From: an uncultured Verrucomicrobiota bacterium
GTDB lineage: Bacteria; Verrucomicrobiota; Verrucomicrobiia; Limisphaerales; UBA1319
Assembly (NCBI GenBank): GCA_903845125.1
Contig: CAIMWS010000344.1
Location: forward strand, 24,290-88,289
DNA length: 64,000 bases
Direction: 5' to 3'
Below the pieces are notes generated by a model. The model searched no databases. It was not told the origin of the DNA and was given only the letters and a program-made list of their open reading frames with translations. Below, piece by piece: positions 36,871-46,191 of the stretch. A program made the translations under genes and the position numbers. Positions within the stretch are counted from its first letter, which is position 1. Each line of letters begins with the position of its first letter.

Positions 36871-39438
36871 ATGGGTGAAAAAACCAAAACTGTGCGGATC
36901 AACCTGCCTTGGGTGATGACCCTGGTGGTGGTGGGCGTCCTGGTGGTTTTGCAGGTCATAGCCCATTACTGGCCCGGTTTTTTCATCAATCAGCTCGATA
37001 ATATCAGTTACGATTGGCGGGTGCAGATTGCGAGCAAGCATTCCCCGCCACTGTCCACTAACCTGGCGGTGGTGGCTGTGGATGAGCTCACCCGCGATTG
37101 GTTAGGCAAAGGAGAATTAAAAGAGGGAACGACGGGCACCGTTTTCCGGGCGGATTGGCCGTATCCAAGACATTTGCATGGCCGTATTGTTCGTGAGTTG
37201 AAGGCCCAGGGCGCCCATGCGGTGGCTTTTGACGTTATGTTCGCCGAGCGTCACCCTGATAATCCCGCGGTGCCAATGCCTTTGGCTGACGCCTCCAAAC
37301 TCGGTTTTTCCCCGGCCGAAATCGAAAAACTCACACCGATTCCCTACTCGCCCATTGTTCCCCAAAAACAGCCCGATACCCCCGAGGTGAATAAGGTGCC
37401 GGATATTCCCGGGGTGAGCGTGGAATCCGATGAATTTTTCGCCATCGCCAATCGCCAGGCCGGCAACGTGATCCTGGCGGCCAATTCTGCGGAAAACGTG
37501 GTTCCGGATCTCCTTTTTCGGACCAATGCGGCGGGGATCGCCGATATTTCCTCCTTTCCGGACGGGGATGGTATTTTGCGCCGTATCAAACCATTCACGG
37601 ACATTCCCATTTGGGAACCCACTCTTAAACAAGTCGTGGAAAATGAAGGTTTTCAGACTTCGAATTACGACATAAAAACCAACCAGATCGTTTTCACCCA
37701 TGTGGAGGCGGGCAAAACCAACCGGTTGGTCGTGCCTATTGGCCAGGATGGCAACTACTGCCTCAAGGATTTTTACCGGGTGGATCTCCAGCCATTGAGC
37801 GCGGACCAGCGCCAGGCAGCGGAAGCCATGCTGGCGCGCCGGGCCAAACCGTACACGATGCAACGGGTATGGAATATGGGGATAGTCTTGGGCGCCCAAT
37901 TCCTTGGCTTGGACTTGGATCGTGCCCAGGCTGATCCGGCGGGCAAACTATTTTTGCCCGGAACCAATGGCGTGAACCGGGTGTTGCCCTTGGACCGCCA
38001 GGGTTTTGTGCTGGTGGATTGGTTAACTTCCCGCGACACGGATTTGCCCCGGATGTCTTACGGCCTGGTCTTGCAATTCGACGCGATCCGCAATAGCACC
38101 AACGCGAGCCTGATTTTCAGCAACGTCTTCCAGCAATTAAAAAAAGACGGCCTCTTGAGCCTCCCCGACGACAAACCGTTAAAAGGCAAGCTGGTGGTCA
38201 TTGGGTCTGTGCTATCCGGCAGCAATGTGCGCGATCAGGGGCCAACCCCTTTGGGCGCAAGCACCCTTTACGTCAGCTGCCACTGGAACGTTGCCGATTC
38301 GCTGATCCGCGGCCGGTTTATACGCCAATTCCCGTTGCCGGTGCTGCTCCTGTTGATCATCCTGCCGGCCCTGGCTTCCGCCTGGCTCACCTATAATTTA
38401 CGCGCGCTGGCAGCCTTCAGCAGCGTGATGCTGATCATCGCGGCCTACTTTGGCGTGGGCGTGCTGGCTTACACCTGGCTGCGCTGGCGGTTGCCGATGG
38501 CCATGCCGGTATTGGGCGGGCTGCTGATGACCCATGTCTGCACCATTACCCACCGGGTTGTAAGGGAGCAGAAAGAACGGCGCCGCATTAAATCCATTTT
38601 TGAAAAAGTGGTTTCCCCCAACGTAGTGGACGAACTGCTGAGCGCGGAATCCCTGGCCTTGGGCGGGGCGCGGCGCGAAGTCACCGTGCTTTTTTCCGAT
38701 GTGCGCGGCTTCACGGAAATGACCGACCAAAGCCAGGCCCGGGCCGATGATTATGTGCGCGAGCGGAACCTCAGCAACCGCGAGGCGGCCGAGGTTTATG
38801 ACGAGCAGGCGCGCGAAGTGCTGGCCACTGTAAACCTGTTTCTCACGACGGTGGTGGGGCACGTCATCAATAATCGAGGCACCTTTGACAAATACATCGG
38901 CGATTGTGTGATGGCTTTCTGGGGGGCGCCTACCTCCAACCCCCGCCATGCGGTTGATGCCGTCCGCGCCGCCATCGCGGCCCAGCGCGCCATGCACCGG
39001 CTCAATCTCGACCGCGAAGCCGAAAACCAGCGGCGGCAGCAGGAAAACACGGTCCGCGTCGCCAAGGGCCAGCCGCCCCTGCCTTCGCTCGCGGTGCTCT
39101 CCTTGGGCACCGGCATCAATACCGGAACGGTCACTGCCGGTCTGATGGGCTCGGACCAGACCCAGGTGAATTACACCGTGTTCGGCCGGGAGGTGAACCT
39201 GGCCAGCCGCCTGGAGGGCGTTTCCGGCCGGGGGCGCATCATCATCAGCGCCACCACCTTTGCTTCCCTGCAGGCGGAGAATCCGGAATTGGCCAGCAGC
39301 TGTATGCCGTTGGTGCCGGTGCATGTCAAAGGCTTCCTTAAACCGGTCCCGGTTTACGAGGTTCCCTGGCGCGGGGAGGCAGCGCCCGCCTTGCCGGCGC
39401 CGGCCGCGGGCGAAACCGCCCCCCCCGCCAAAACGTAA
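36871..39438 (+). CDS. CHASE2-sensor class III adenylate/guanylate cyclase
   Basis: 855 aa. The N-terminal TM is VMTLVVVGVLVVLQVIAHYW, followed by a large extracytoplasmic CHASE2-like region, three further TM segments and the cyclase homology domain (VTVLFSDVRGFTEMTD, FDKYIGDCVMAFWGAP, GINTGTVTAGLMGS, YTVFGREVNLASRLEG). Confidence 0.85.
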   Translation: MGEKTKTVRINLPWVMTLVVVGVLVVLQVIAHYWPGFFINQLDNISYDWRVQIASKHSPPLSTNLAVVAVDELTRDWLGKGELKEGTTGTVFRADWPYPRHLHGRIVRELKAQGAHAVAFDVMFAERHPDNPAVPMPLADASKLGFSPAEIEKLTPIPYSPIVPQKQPDTPEVNKVPDIPGVSVESDEFFAIANRQAGNVILAANSAENVVPDLLFRTNAAGIADISSFPDGDGILRRIKPFTDIPIWEPTLKQVVENEGFQTSNYDIKTNQIVFTHVEAGKTNRLVVPIGQDGNYCLKDFYRVDLQPLSADQRQAAEAMLARRAKPYTMQRVWNMGIVLGAQFLGLDLDRAQADPAGKLFLPGTNGVNRVLPLDRQGFVLVDWLTSRDTDLPRMSYGLVLQFDAIRNSTNASLIFSNVFQQLKKDGLLSLPDDKPLKGKLVVIGSVLSGSNVRDQGPTPLGASTLYVSCHWNVADSLIRGRFIRQFPLPVLLLLIILPALASAWLTYNLRALAAFSSVMLIIAAYFGVGVLAYTWLRWRLPMAMPVLGGLLMTHVCTITHRVVREQKERRRIKSIFEKVVSPNVVDELLSAESLALGGARREVTVLFSDVRGFTEMTDQSQARADDYVRERNLSNREAAEVYDEQAREVLATVNLFLTTVVGHVINNRGTFDKYIGDCVMAFWGAPTSNPRHAVDAVRAAIAAQRAMHRLNLDREAENQRRQQENTVRVAKGQPPLPSLAVLSLGTGINTGTVTAGLMGSDQTQVNYTVFGREVNLASRLEGVSGRGRIIISATTFASLQAENPELASSCMPLVPVHVKGFLKPVPVYEVPWRGEAAPALPAPAAGETAPPAKT

Positions 39439-39814
39439 AGCAGCCGTCACCCGTCTCGCTTCAAGGTTGCGCCAGTCCGTGGAAAACCATCCTGCAATGG
39501 GCCTTTGAGCATACCCACGTTTTTGTATTGGAATCGGGGAGGTTTGGAACCTTCCCGCCAATGCCCCGGAAAGTTACGTCCCAACCGCAGGCAATTCCAA
39601 CTTGGAAAGAAATGCCGACCCGCGCACTCCAAAACCGGGCGGAGACCGGAACAAGCCGAATGCGATGCGAGCCACGGAGGGTGCGTGAGCTTTTGGATTG
39701 CGGCGCCGGGGCACCGCTTTGGATTCCTGGCTGGTTGCTGGCGGTTGGCCACCCACTGGCCAAAAGGCCGCCATTGCCTTGGCCACGGTTTCTGCTTTCC
39801 CTTTTCTGTATGTT

Positions 39815-39836
39815 CCACGGAATCCGTGGTTTATTT
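39815..39836 (+). terminator. short terminator-like hairpin in a 520-nt convergent spacer
   Basis: CCACGG aat CCGTGG is followed by TTTATTT. It lies 377 nt after the cyclase stop. Confidence 0.4.
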
Positions 39837-39958
39837 CCATATTTTGCCGCTTTTTGCCGACCTTCCCTGGTCAACGCGGACAGCCAACCAAATGGAGGGG
39901 GTTGGTGGTTCCCAAAAGTGTAGCTGTTGGCTGGGCGATCCGGGCGATTTTCCACCGG

Positions 39959-41539
39959 CTAGGGCTGTGCCGGTTCATGGAAAGCCTCCACTTGATAGGT
40001 TTGCACCCGCGCGCCCGGTTGGCGCCAGGCGCCCGCTTCGCAGCCGGCTTTGAGCGCCAGCGAGTCGAGAAACCCGGTTTTATCAGGTATCTGGCTCCAC
40101 ACCTGCGGCAGGTAGGTGGCACCCCGCCCGCCGATCTGCAGCAGCACACCGTCCACTCCAGGCCGCAGCTTGGCCAGCAGATCCGCGGGGGAACTGAATA
40201 CGAGCGGCTTGGGTTCGGTGAGCACGCTGATTTCGATGCGCAACCCCCCGGTTTCCCCAGCCTTCACCGGTGGGAATCGCGGATCGCGCAGGGCGGCGTT
40301 GCGCGCGTTCTCCATGATCGCCAGGTAAAGTGGTTGCTGGGGCAGGATGTGGCCGATGCAACCGCGCAACTCACCCCGGCTGGTCAGCGTGACAAAGCAT
40401 CCTTTAGGCTCCCGCAGCCGGGCCGGAATACTTTCCGGGGCCGGCTCCTGGAGGGAGCCGCCGGCGGCCACTTCCACGAGGGTTTTGCGAGCCAGTTCCA
40501 GCAACCGTTTTTGGTCGTCCGCCGAATAAGTCGGGGTTTCCTGGCTGAAGAAGGCGATCGCTGCATACCCCACCACGGAGTGCCCATCGCCGGACACTTC
40601 GCCGCTGTGCCGGTATTGCAGCAGCACCGGCTGCCAGTGGCGCAGGCGGGCCAGATGGAGCAGGGCCAGCACCGGCCCCTTGCCGCAGGCCTCCTGGGCG
40701 GCCATCTGTTCCACGTCCAAATCCAGGATGGCTTTAAGGCAGCGTTGGTCCAGGCTTTTGGCTTCACCCGCCGGATGATAATGGCTCAAATCCGTGCTGG
40801 CCACAACCAGGGCCGAGCCATCCATGTAGTTGGCCAATGTCTTCGCCACCGCCTCCGGAGATACTTCCCCGAAAATGACCGGCGCCAGCTGGAAACGGGG
40901 CAGCACGCGTTGCAGGAAGGGCACCTGGACCTCGGTTGCGTGCTCCCAGGTGTCGGGCGTCTCCTCACCCGGCGGCGGCGCCGCTTTGGGAGATTCCCGC
41001 TGCCAGGCCGGCCGCTGCACCCGGCCTTTCGGCTCGCCGACAAACGGGGGCAGTTTGGTCAATTCCTGGAGCACAGGCGACAACTCCACCAAGCCCAGGG
41101 GGGTACGATAGGCGTTCGCTGAAGGGATGAACGCTCCCTCAAAGGCCGCGTAATGGCTGGGCGACAGCAGGAATACGGTCTGGAAATCCCGTCCTTGGGC
41201 CAGCTTGTAGCCCCAGGCGACCGTCGCGCCCGAATAGCGGTAGCCCGCGTGCGGGCAAATCAAAGCCCGCAGCTGCCCGGTGGTTCCCCCCGGTGCGGCC
41301 GCCAGGTATTCATCGATGGTCCGGGAAAGCTCGGCCCGGTCCAGCGGGTAAAACAGGCCCGCCACGGCCGGTTCCCGGATCCGCAGGCCGCGGGATTTGG
41401 CCGCCTCCAGCGGGGCGGTTTCAGCCGCGCGGTTGCGGGGTTGGGAATCCAGGCGGGCGAATCCGGCAGCGAGGAGGATGGAAGCCCCCAACACCCCGCC
41501 CAGCAGCGCGGAGCCCAGCCAGCCGGATTGTTGTTTCAT
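39959..41539 (-). CDS. fusion of Memo-like (AmmeMemoRadiSam system protein B) and AMMECR1 (protein A) domains with N-terminal hydrophobic anchor
   Basis: ATG 41539 is preceded by gaggaaaagg (track start 41566 is TTG). The anchor is MKQQSGWLGSALLGGVLGASILLAAGF. The Memo region is AGLFYPLDRAEL...ALICPHAGYRYSG...LLSPSH. The AMMECR1 region is GCFVTLTSRGELRGCIGHI...NAALRDPRFPPV. Confidence 0.85.
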   Translation of the reverse strand: MKQQSGWLGSALLGGVLGASILLAAGFARLDSQPRNRAAETAPLEAAKSRGLRIREPAVAGLFYPLDRAELSRTIDEYLAAAPGGTTGQLRALICPHAGYRYSGATVAWGYKLAQGRDFQTVFLLSPSHYAAFEGAFIPSANAYRTPLGLVELSPVLQELTKLPPFVGEPKGRVQRPAWQRESPKAAPPPGEETPDTWEHATEVQVPFLQRVLPRFQLAPVIFGEVSPEAVAKTLANYMDGSALVVASTDLSHYHPAGEAKSLDQRCLKAILDLDVEQMAAQEACGKGPVLALLHLARLRHWQPVLLQYRHSGEVSGDGHSVVGYAAIAFFSQETPTYSADDQKRLLELARKTLVEVAAGGSLQEPAPESIPARLREPKGCFVTLTSRGELRGCIGHILPQQPLYLAIMENARNAALRDPRFPPVKAGETGGLRIEISVLTEPKPLVFSSPADLLAKLRPGVDGVLLQIGGRGATYLPQVWSQIPDKTGFLDSLALKAGCEAGAWRQPGARVQTYQVEAFHEPAQP

Positions 41540-41562
41540 GGCAGTACCTTTTCCTCGCGGCG

Positions 41563-42582
41563 TCAACCGGCGCCGGGTGGTTTGACGTCGGCAAAAATGA
41601 TAACCCCCGCGCTGGTCTGCAGCAAACTCAAAACCGTGGCTTCCACCTGCTGCCCGACGAGGTGCTGCGCCTGGTTGACCACCACCATGGTGCCATCCTG
41701 CATATATCCTACTCCCTGGCCTTTGTCCTTGCCTTCACGCACAACCTTAAGGTTCAAGACCTCGCCCGGCAGAGTTACCGGCTTGAGCGCCACCGTCAGT
41801 TCGTGGAGGTTGACGTGGTTGACCGATTGGAGCGAGGCGATCTTGCTCAGGTTGTAATCGGTGGTGTAGAGCTTGGCGTTGAGCATGCGGGCCAGCCGGA
41901 TCAGCTTGGCGTCCACTTCGGTTTCGTTGAGGATGTCGCTCTCGTGGATTTTGACCTCGTTTTTCGTGTTGCGCTGGATCCGGTTGAGCATATCCAGCCC
42001 ACGGCGGCCCCGGGCGCGTTTGATGGGATCCTTTGAGTCGGCGATTTGCTGCAGCTCCTTCAACACGAAGCGCGGCACCACCACGACCCCTTCCACAAAC
42101 CGGGCCTCGATCAGGTCCGCCACCCGGCCGTCAATAATGGCGCTCGTATCCAACAGGAGCAGGTTGTCCGGCCGGTTTTGGGAGGAGAAGCGCACGAACG
42201 GAATGATCAGGTAAAAATCCTCCTTGTTGCTGCGCATGGCCAGTATCATGCCGATGTAGCCAAAAAAGACGAAAACGCTCAGGCGGATGATCCATTGGAC
42301 CGGCTGGTCGGCGAACATGAACAGCTTGGAATTGTCGATCATCCACGCGATCAAGGTGCCCAGCACCAGGCCGAACGTGGCGGCCGAGAAGGCCCGCAAC
42401 GAAAAGCCCTTGAGCATTTCGTCCAGAGCAATCATCAGGCCGCCAAAGCCAAAGCCGATGCCAATGCCGGCGAGGGGCCCGCCGTGGATTATAACCGGTT
42501 GTACCTCCTCAATCGCATAACCGCCGGTGATGCATAACAGTAAAAAAAATATCCGCAATACCCAAATTCCGCCCGTGGCCAT
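41563..42582 (-). CDS. membrane-anchored PIN/TRAM-domain protein (YacL-like)
   Basis: There are four N-terminal TM segments. The PIN region is LLLLDTSAIIDGRVADLIEARFVEGVVVVPRFVLKELQ...LYTTDYNL. The C-terminal TRAM-like region is PGEVLNLKVVREGKDKGQGVGYMQDGTMVVV. The ATG directly abuts the TAA of the upstream gene. Confidence 0.8.
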   Translation of the reverse strand: MATGGIWVLRIFFLLLCITGGYAIEEVQPVIIHGGPLAGIGIGFGFGGLMIALDEMLKGFSLRAFSAATFGLVLGTLIAWMIDNSKLFMFADQPVQWIIRLSVFVFFGYIGMILAMRSNKEDFYLIIPFVRFSSQNRPDNLLLLDTSAIIDGRVADLIEARFVEGVVVVPRFVLKELQQIADSKDPIKRARGRRGLDMLNRIQRNTKNEVKIHESDILNETEVDAKLIRLARMLNAKLYTTDYNLSKIASLQSVNHVNLHELTVALKPVTLPGEVLNLKVVREGKDKGQGVGYMQDGTMVVVNQAQHLVGQQVEATVLSLLQTSAGVIIFADVKPPGAG

Positions 42583-43572
42583 TTACTTCCCTTTCTGTGC
42601 GCCCGGGTCAGTCCATCCTCGCGGCTTGTATGGCAGCCCGTGCTGGTTTATGTTCCTGCTTAACAAGGTTAAATTACTCACCAGCAAAGTAAAGTTCGAT
42701 TGCCACATCTGGTTGGTCAGCAGGCTCGCCACCACCCCCTCGCCGCCCACCAGGCTGCCCAGCAGCTGGCGCGTGTTCTGGCTGGACAAATCGAGGTTGG
42801 TGACGATGGACTCGATCTCTGGTCGGTGGTTGCGCAGCAGTTCCTCCAGCTGGGAGGCGATATACACCCCTTTGCTCGACAGCGGTGGCAGGTTGCTGAT
42901 CGCCAGGTTCAGCGCGTTGCTGTTGACGGTGATGAGGCCATCCACCTTGTCCAGGGCCAGCGGCACCTTGGCCGTCAGCACCGCGGCGTTGCTGACAATG
43001 GTGGTCAACCCCTCGAGGTTTTGGGTGGTGACCAGCATGTGGTCGATCCGCTTGACCACCCCGGTCACGCTGTTCAAAACCCCGCCGAAATCCTTGATGA
43101 GGTCCATCACGTTGCGCGCAGCGTCCTGGATGTTGAACACGCCCCGGCAATTCTTCACGACGTGGCCGGTGGTCAGCGGGCTGGTCACCACGCCATCGGC
43201 CGGCGGTTTGATCAGGATGTAGCTCTCCCCCAGGATGCCGGCAAAATCAATCGAGAATTCGTATTCGGGATAGAGGGGATACTTCCGGTTGTCATACTTG
43301 ATGGAGATCACCACGGCCTGGTCCTTCCACTCGAAATCCTGCACGAAGCCGATCCGGCACCCGGAAAGGCGCACATCCGCCCCGCGCTTCAGGTCGCCGC
43401 AATCCGTGGTGCGCAGCGAGATGGTGGCCATGCCCCAGGAAAAGACATTTTCTTTGCCGGCGAAGACCAGGATCAGGATGCCAGTCACAAACAGGCCGAA
43501 CAGCATGAAGAAGCCCACCCGAAAGGCGTGGGATTGGTCCGATTTTTGATGGTGCAGGGTGCCAGATTCCAT
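42583..43572 (-). CDS. MlaD/MCE-domain protein (third MCE protein of the operon)
   Basis: ATG 43572 gives MESGTLHHQKSDQSHAFRVGFFMLFGLFVTGILILVF (TM). The MCE-like beta domain is LKRGADVRLSGCRIGFVQDF...VVISIKYD.... It has a long helical C-terminus. Confidence 0.75.
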   Translation of the reverse strand: MESGTLHHQKSDQSHAFRVGFFMLFGLFVTGILILVFAGKENVFSWGMATISLRTTDCGDLKRGADVRLSGCRIGFVQDFEWKDQAVVISIKYDNRKYPLYPEYEFSIDFAGILGESYILIKPPADGVVTSPLTTGHVVKNCRGVFNIQDAARNVMDLIKDFGGVLNSVTGVVKRIDHMLVTTQNLEGLTTIVSNAAVLTAKVPLALDKVDGLITVNSNALNLAISNLPPLSSKGVYIASQLEELLRNHRPEIESIVTNLDLSSQNTRQLLGSLVGGEGVVASLLTNQMWQSNFTLLVSNLTLLSRNINQHGLPYKPRGWTDPGAQKGK

Positions 43573-43576
43573 AGGT

Positions 43577-44389
43577 TTACTCGTTTTCTTCTTTATATCG
43601 CCGCAAATATTCCAGGATTTCAGGCTGGTTGGAGGACAGGAATTCCTCCACGGTCCCGTCGAAAATAAGGTTGCTCGCCGCCGGATCCCGGCAATCCTCC
43701 GGCTGCACACCCTTCAGCATCAGCACCCGGTTGCGGATCCGCTTCAGGGTCCGCACGTCGTGGGTGATCACGATCGAAGTGGGCTTCTTTTTCTCCCAGA
43801 CCCGCAGGATCAGGTCGTCGATCACGTTGGAATAGACCGGATCCAGCTCGGAGGTGGGTTCGTCATAGAGCAGGATCTTGGGCGAGGCCACAATGGCCCG
43901 GGCCAGGCCCACCCGCTTGCGCATTCCCCCGGAAAGCTCCGCCGGCTTTTTGTCGTGGTCGCGGACATCCTCCAGCCCCACCATGGCCAGGGCCTCCACG
44001 GCGAGTTGATCGATCTCCGCCGGCGCCAGCAGCCCCTCCCGCTGCAGCCGGAAGCTCACGTTGCCCTTGACCGTCAAGTAATCGATCAACGCCCCCCCCT
44101 GGAAGAGCACGCCGAAATTCTTCTGCACCTCCAGCAGCTCGCGGTCATCGAGTTCCCCGAGGCTTTTATCGGCGATCCGCACCTCGCCGTGGTCCGGTCT
44201 CTCCAGGCCCACCAGGTGGCGCAGCAGCACGCTTTTGCCGCAGCCGCTGTTGCCGACGATGGCCAGGATTTCCCCCGGGCGCACGTTGAAGGAGACCTGG
44301 TGCAGCACCGGTTTGGCGCCGAACGCTTTCGTCAGGCGGTCGACGGCTAGGTTGTGGCAGGCAAAAGGTGCGGGTCCGGTCATGGCCAT
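43577..44389 (-). CDS. ABC transporter ATP-binding protein (MlaF-like)
   Basis: Walker A is GNSGCGKSVLLRHL, the signature is LSGGMRKRVGLARAI and Walker B is ILLYDEPTSELD. It has a ~50-aa C-terminal extension. Confidence 0.9.
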   Translation of the reverse strand: MAMTGPAPFACHNLAVDRLTKAFGAKPVLHQVSFNVRPGEILAIVGNSGCGKSVLLRHLVGLERPDHGEVRIADKSLGELDDRELLEVQKNFGVLFQGGALIDYLTVKGNVSFRLQREGLLAPAEIDQLAVEALAMVGLEDVRDHDKKPAELSGGMRKRVGLARAIVASPKILLYDEPTSELDPVYSNVIDDLILRVWEKKKPTSIVITHDVRTLKRIRNRVLMLKGVQPEDCRDPAASNLIFDGTVEEFLSSNQPEILEYLRRYKEENE

Positions 44390-44395
44390 AAGCGC

Positions 44396-45157
44396 TTAAA
44401 ACACGTTGACGAGGTTCTTGAGGCACAGGGTCAGGAAAAAATTCGAGATCAGGATCGCGATCGAGGCGGTGACCACCGATTCGGTGGTGGATATGCCCAC
44501 CCCCTCAGCGCTTTTTTCGCAATGCATTCCTTTGTAGCAGCTGATCGAGGAGATCAAGGCCCCGAAGAAAACCGACTTGATGAAGCCGATCAATACGTGG
44601 CCCATGTGGGTGTAGCGGATCATGTTGTAGTAGGCGTAGAAAAAGTTCATGCCCAGGATCGCCGATCCTGCCACAAAGCCGGCGATGATCCCCAGGGAAA
44701 TCGATTCCGCCACCAGGATGGGGGAGACGGCCATGGTGGCCACCACGCGGGGTGCCACCAGGTAATCGAAAGGATGGGTGCCCAAGGTGCGGAGCGCGTC
44801 GATCTGGTGGTTGGCGTTCATGGTCCCCAAGTGGGCCGTGATGGACGCCCCCACCCGGCCAGCCATCATCAGGGCTGTCAGCACCGGGCCCAGTTCAGTG
44901 CACATGGCCACCCCCACGACTGCCATGGAGGCGCTCTCCATCTTCAGCTTCTCGAATTGCAGGTAGGTCTGCGCGCAGAGCACCATGCCGGTGAACGCTC
45001 CGGTGATCATGATCACCGACTGGGATTTGACCCCCAGGTGGAACATCTGCTTGATGATCTCGGTTTTTTCGCGGGCGAGTTTGAGATGGAAAAAGGAGCT
45101 GAAGATCTGCCTCACAAAGATCATCAATTTCCCCAGTTCGACAATCATGGTCCTCAT
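44396..45157 (-). CDS. ABC transporter permease (MlaE family)
   Basis: 253 aa. Typical MlaE segments are ITGAFTGMVLCAQTY, ELGPVLTALMMAGRVGASITA, ANHQIDALRTLGTHP and LVAPRVVA. Confidence 0.9.
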   Translation of the reverse strand: MRTMIVELGKLMIFVRQIFSSFFHLKLAREKTEIIKQMFHLGVKSQSVIMITGAFTGMVLCAQTYLQFEKLKMESASMAVVGVAMCTELGPVLTALMMAGRVGASITAHLGTMNANHQIDALRTLGTHPFDYLVAPRVVATMAVSPILVAESISLGIIAGFVAGSAILGMNFFYAYYNMIRYTHMGHVLIGFIKSVFFGALISSISCYKGMHCEKSAEGVGISTTESVVTASIAILISNFFLTLCLKNLVNVF

Positions 45158-46191
45158 GGTTTGGATTTTCGGTTCTCCTTCAGTTCGGGATTGAATGCCA
45201 GGCCAAACTGGGTCATCCGCGCGTTAAAACACTGCAGCTGGCGGCTCATGAATTTGAACTCGCTCCGGAATGGTTTGTTGTACATAAACAGGCCCGCCAG
45301 GCCGCGGCCCGTGCGCAGGGATTTCCGCGCCTGCGCCAGCAAAAGCTCGCCCTGGCCCAAACTGCGCTGGATGGAGTCCACCGCCTCCTTGACCGGTTCC
45401 GCCAGGCTCTGGAATTCCCGGGCCACCAGGGCCAGGTGGTTGGTCAGCCGCCGGTAATTTTCCAGCGTGGCTTGCACGTGGGCTTCATTGGCCTGCCCCA
45501 CCTCCGAGGCATGCGCCTTTAATTCACCCAACTCCCCACCGATCCGCTCCAGGTTGGTTTTGATCAGGCTGGCATCCCGGGTGACCTGCGGCGACGCCAG
45601 CGTGGCGCTGACCTTGCGCGTGGTGATGCCCAGCAGTTTCCCGGCCTGGCTGAAGCCTGCCAGGTAGCCGGAGACCTCCCCGAAGATATTGCCCATCTCC
45701 AGCGACGCCTGCCCATAAACATTGTCGCTGTTCTTCAGGAATGCCTTGGGCACCCGCGGGGGGCTGATCGACACCACCTGGTCCGCCAGCAAATTGACCT
45801 TGTCGATCGAAAATATGGCATTGGTGGGGATCAGGATGCGGCCGGCGGTGTCGAATGGATCCTGGATGACGGTGATGCCCACGAGGTTGTTGGTCTGGTT
45901 CGCCGCGGGGATCCGGCAGTATTTCTTGAAGATCCGCAGGCGGATGACCGCCCGGGGCTGGGCGGTGTTCTGCACCGGCTGGATGTGCTCCACCCGCCCC
46001 ACCATCACGCCGCCGAACATGACCGGCGAATGCCGGGTGATGCCGCCGGTGTTGGAGGTGATGAAAGCCAGTTCGTAATTGGCGGAGGCCGACAGGTAAG
46101 TGGTGTAGCCCACTGAAACCGCCACGATGATCAGGCAGGCCACCATGAAGTTGGCGCTGAAAAACCAGCGCCTGGACTGTTCACCGGCCAT
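45154..46191 (-). CDS. MlaD/MCE-domain protein (second)
   Basis: ATG 46191 gives MAGEQSRRWFFSANFMVACLIIVAVSVGY (TM). The MCE-like region is ITRHSPVMFGGVMVGRVEHIQPV...VIRLRI. It has a long helical C-terminus. ATGA overlap with mlaE-like start. Confidence 0.75.
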   Translation of the reverse strand: MAGEQSRRWFFSANFMVACLIIVAVSVGYTTYLSASANYELAFITSNTGGITRHSPVMFGGVMVGRVEHIQPVQNTAQPRAVIRLRIFKKYCRIPAANQTNNLVGITVIQDPFDTAGRILIPTNAIFSIDKVNLLADQVVSISPPRVPKAFLKNSDNVYGQASLEMGNIFGEVSGYLAGFSQAGKLLGITTRKVSATLASPQVTRDASLIKTNLERIGGELGELKAHASEVGQANEAHVQATLENYRRLTNHLALVAREFQSLAEPVKEAVDSIQRSLGQGELLLAQARKSLRTGRGLAGLFMYNKPFRSEFKFMSRQLQCFNARMTQFGLAFNPELKENRKSKP

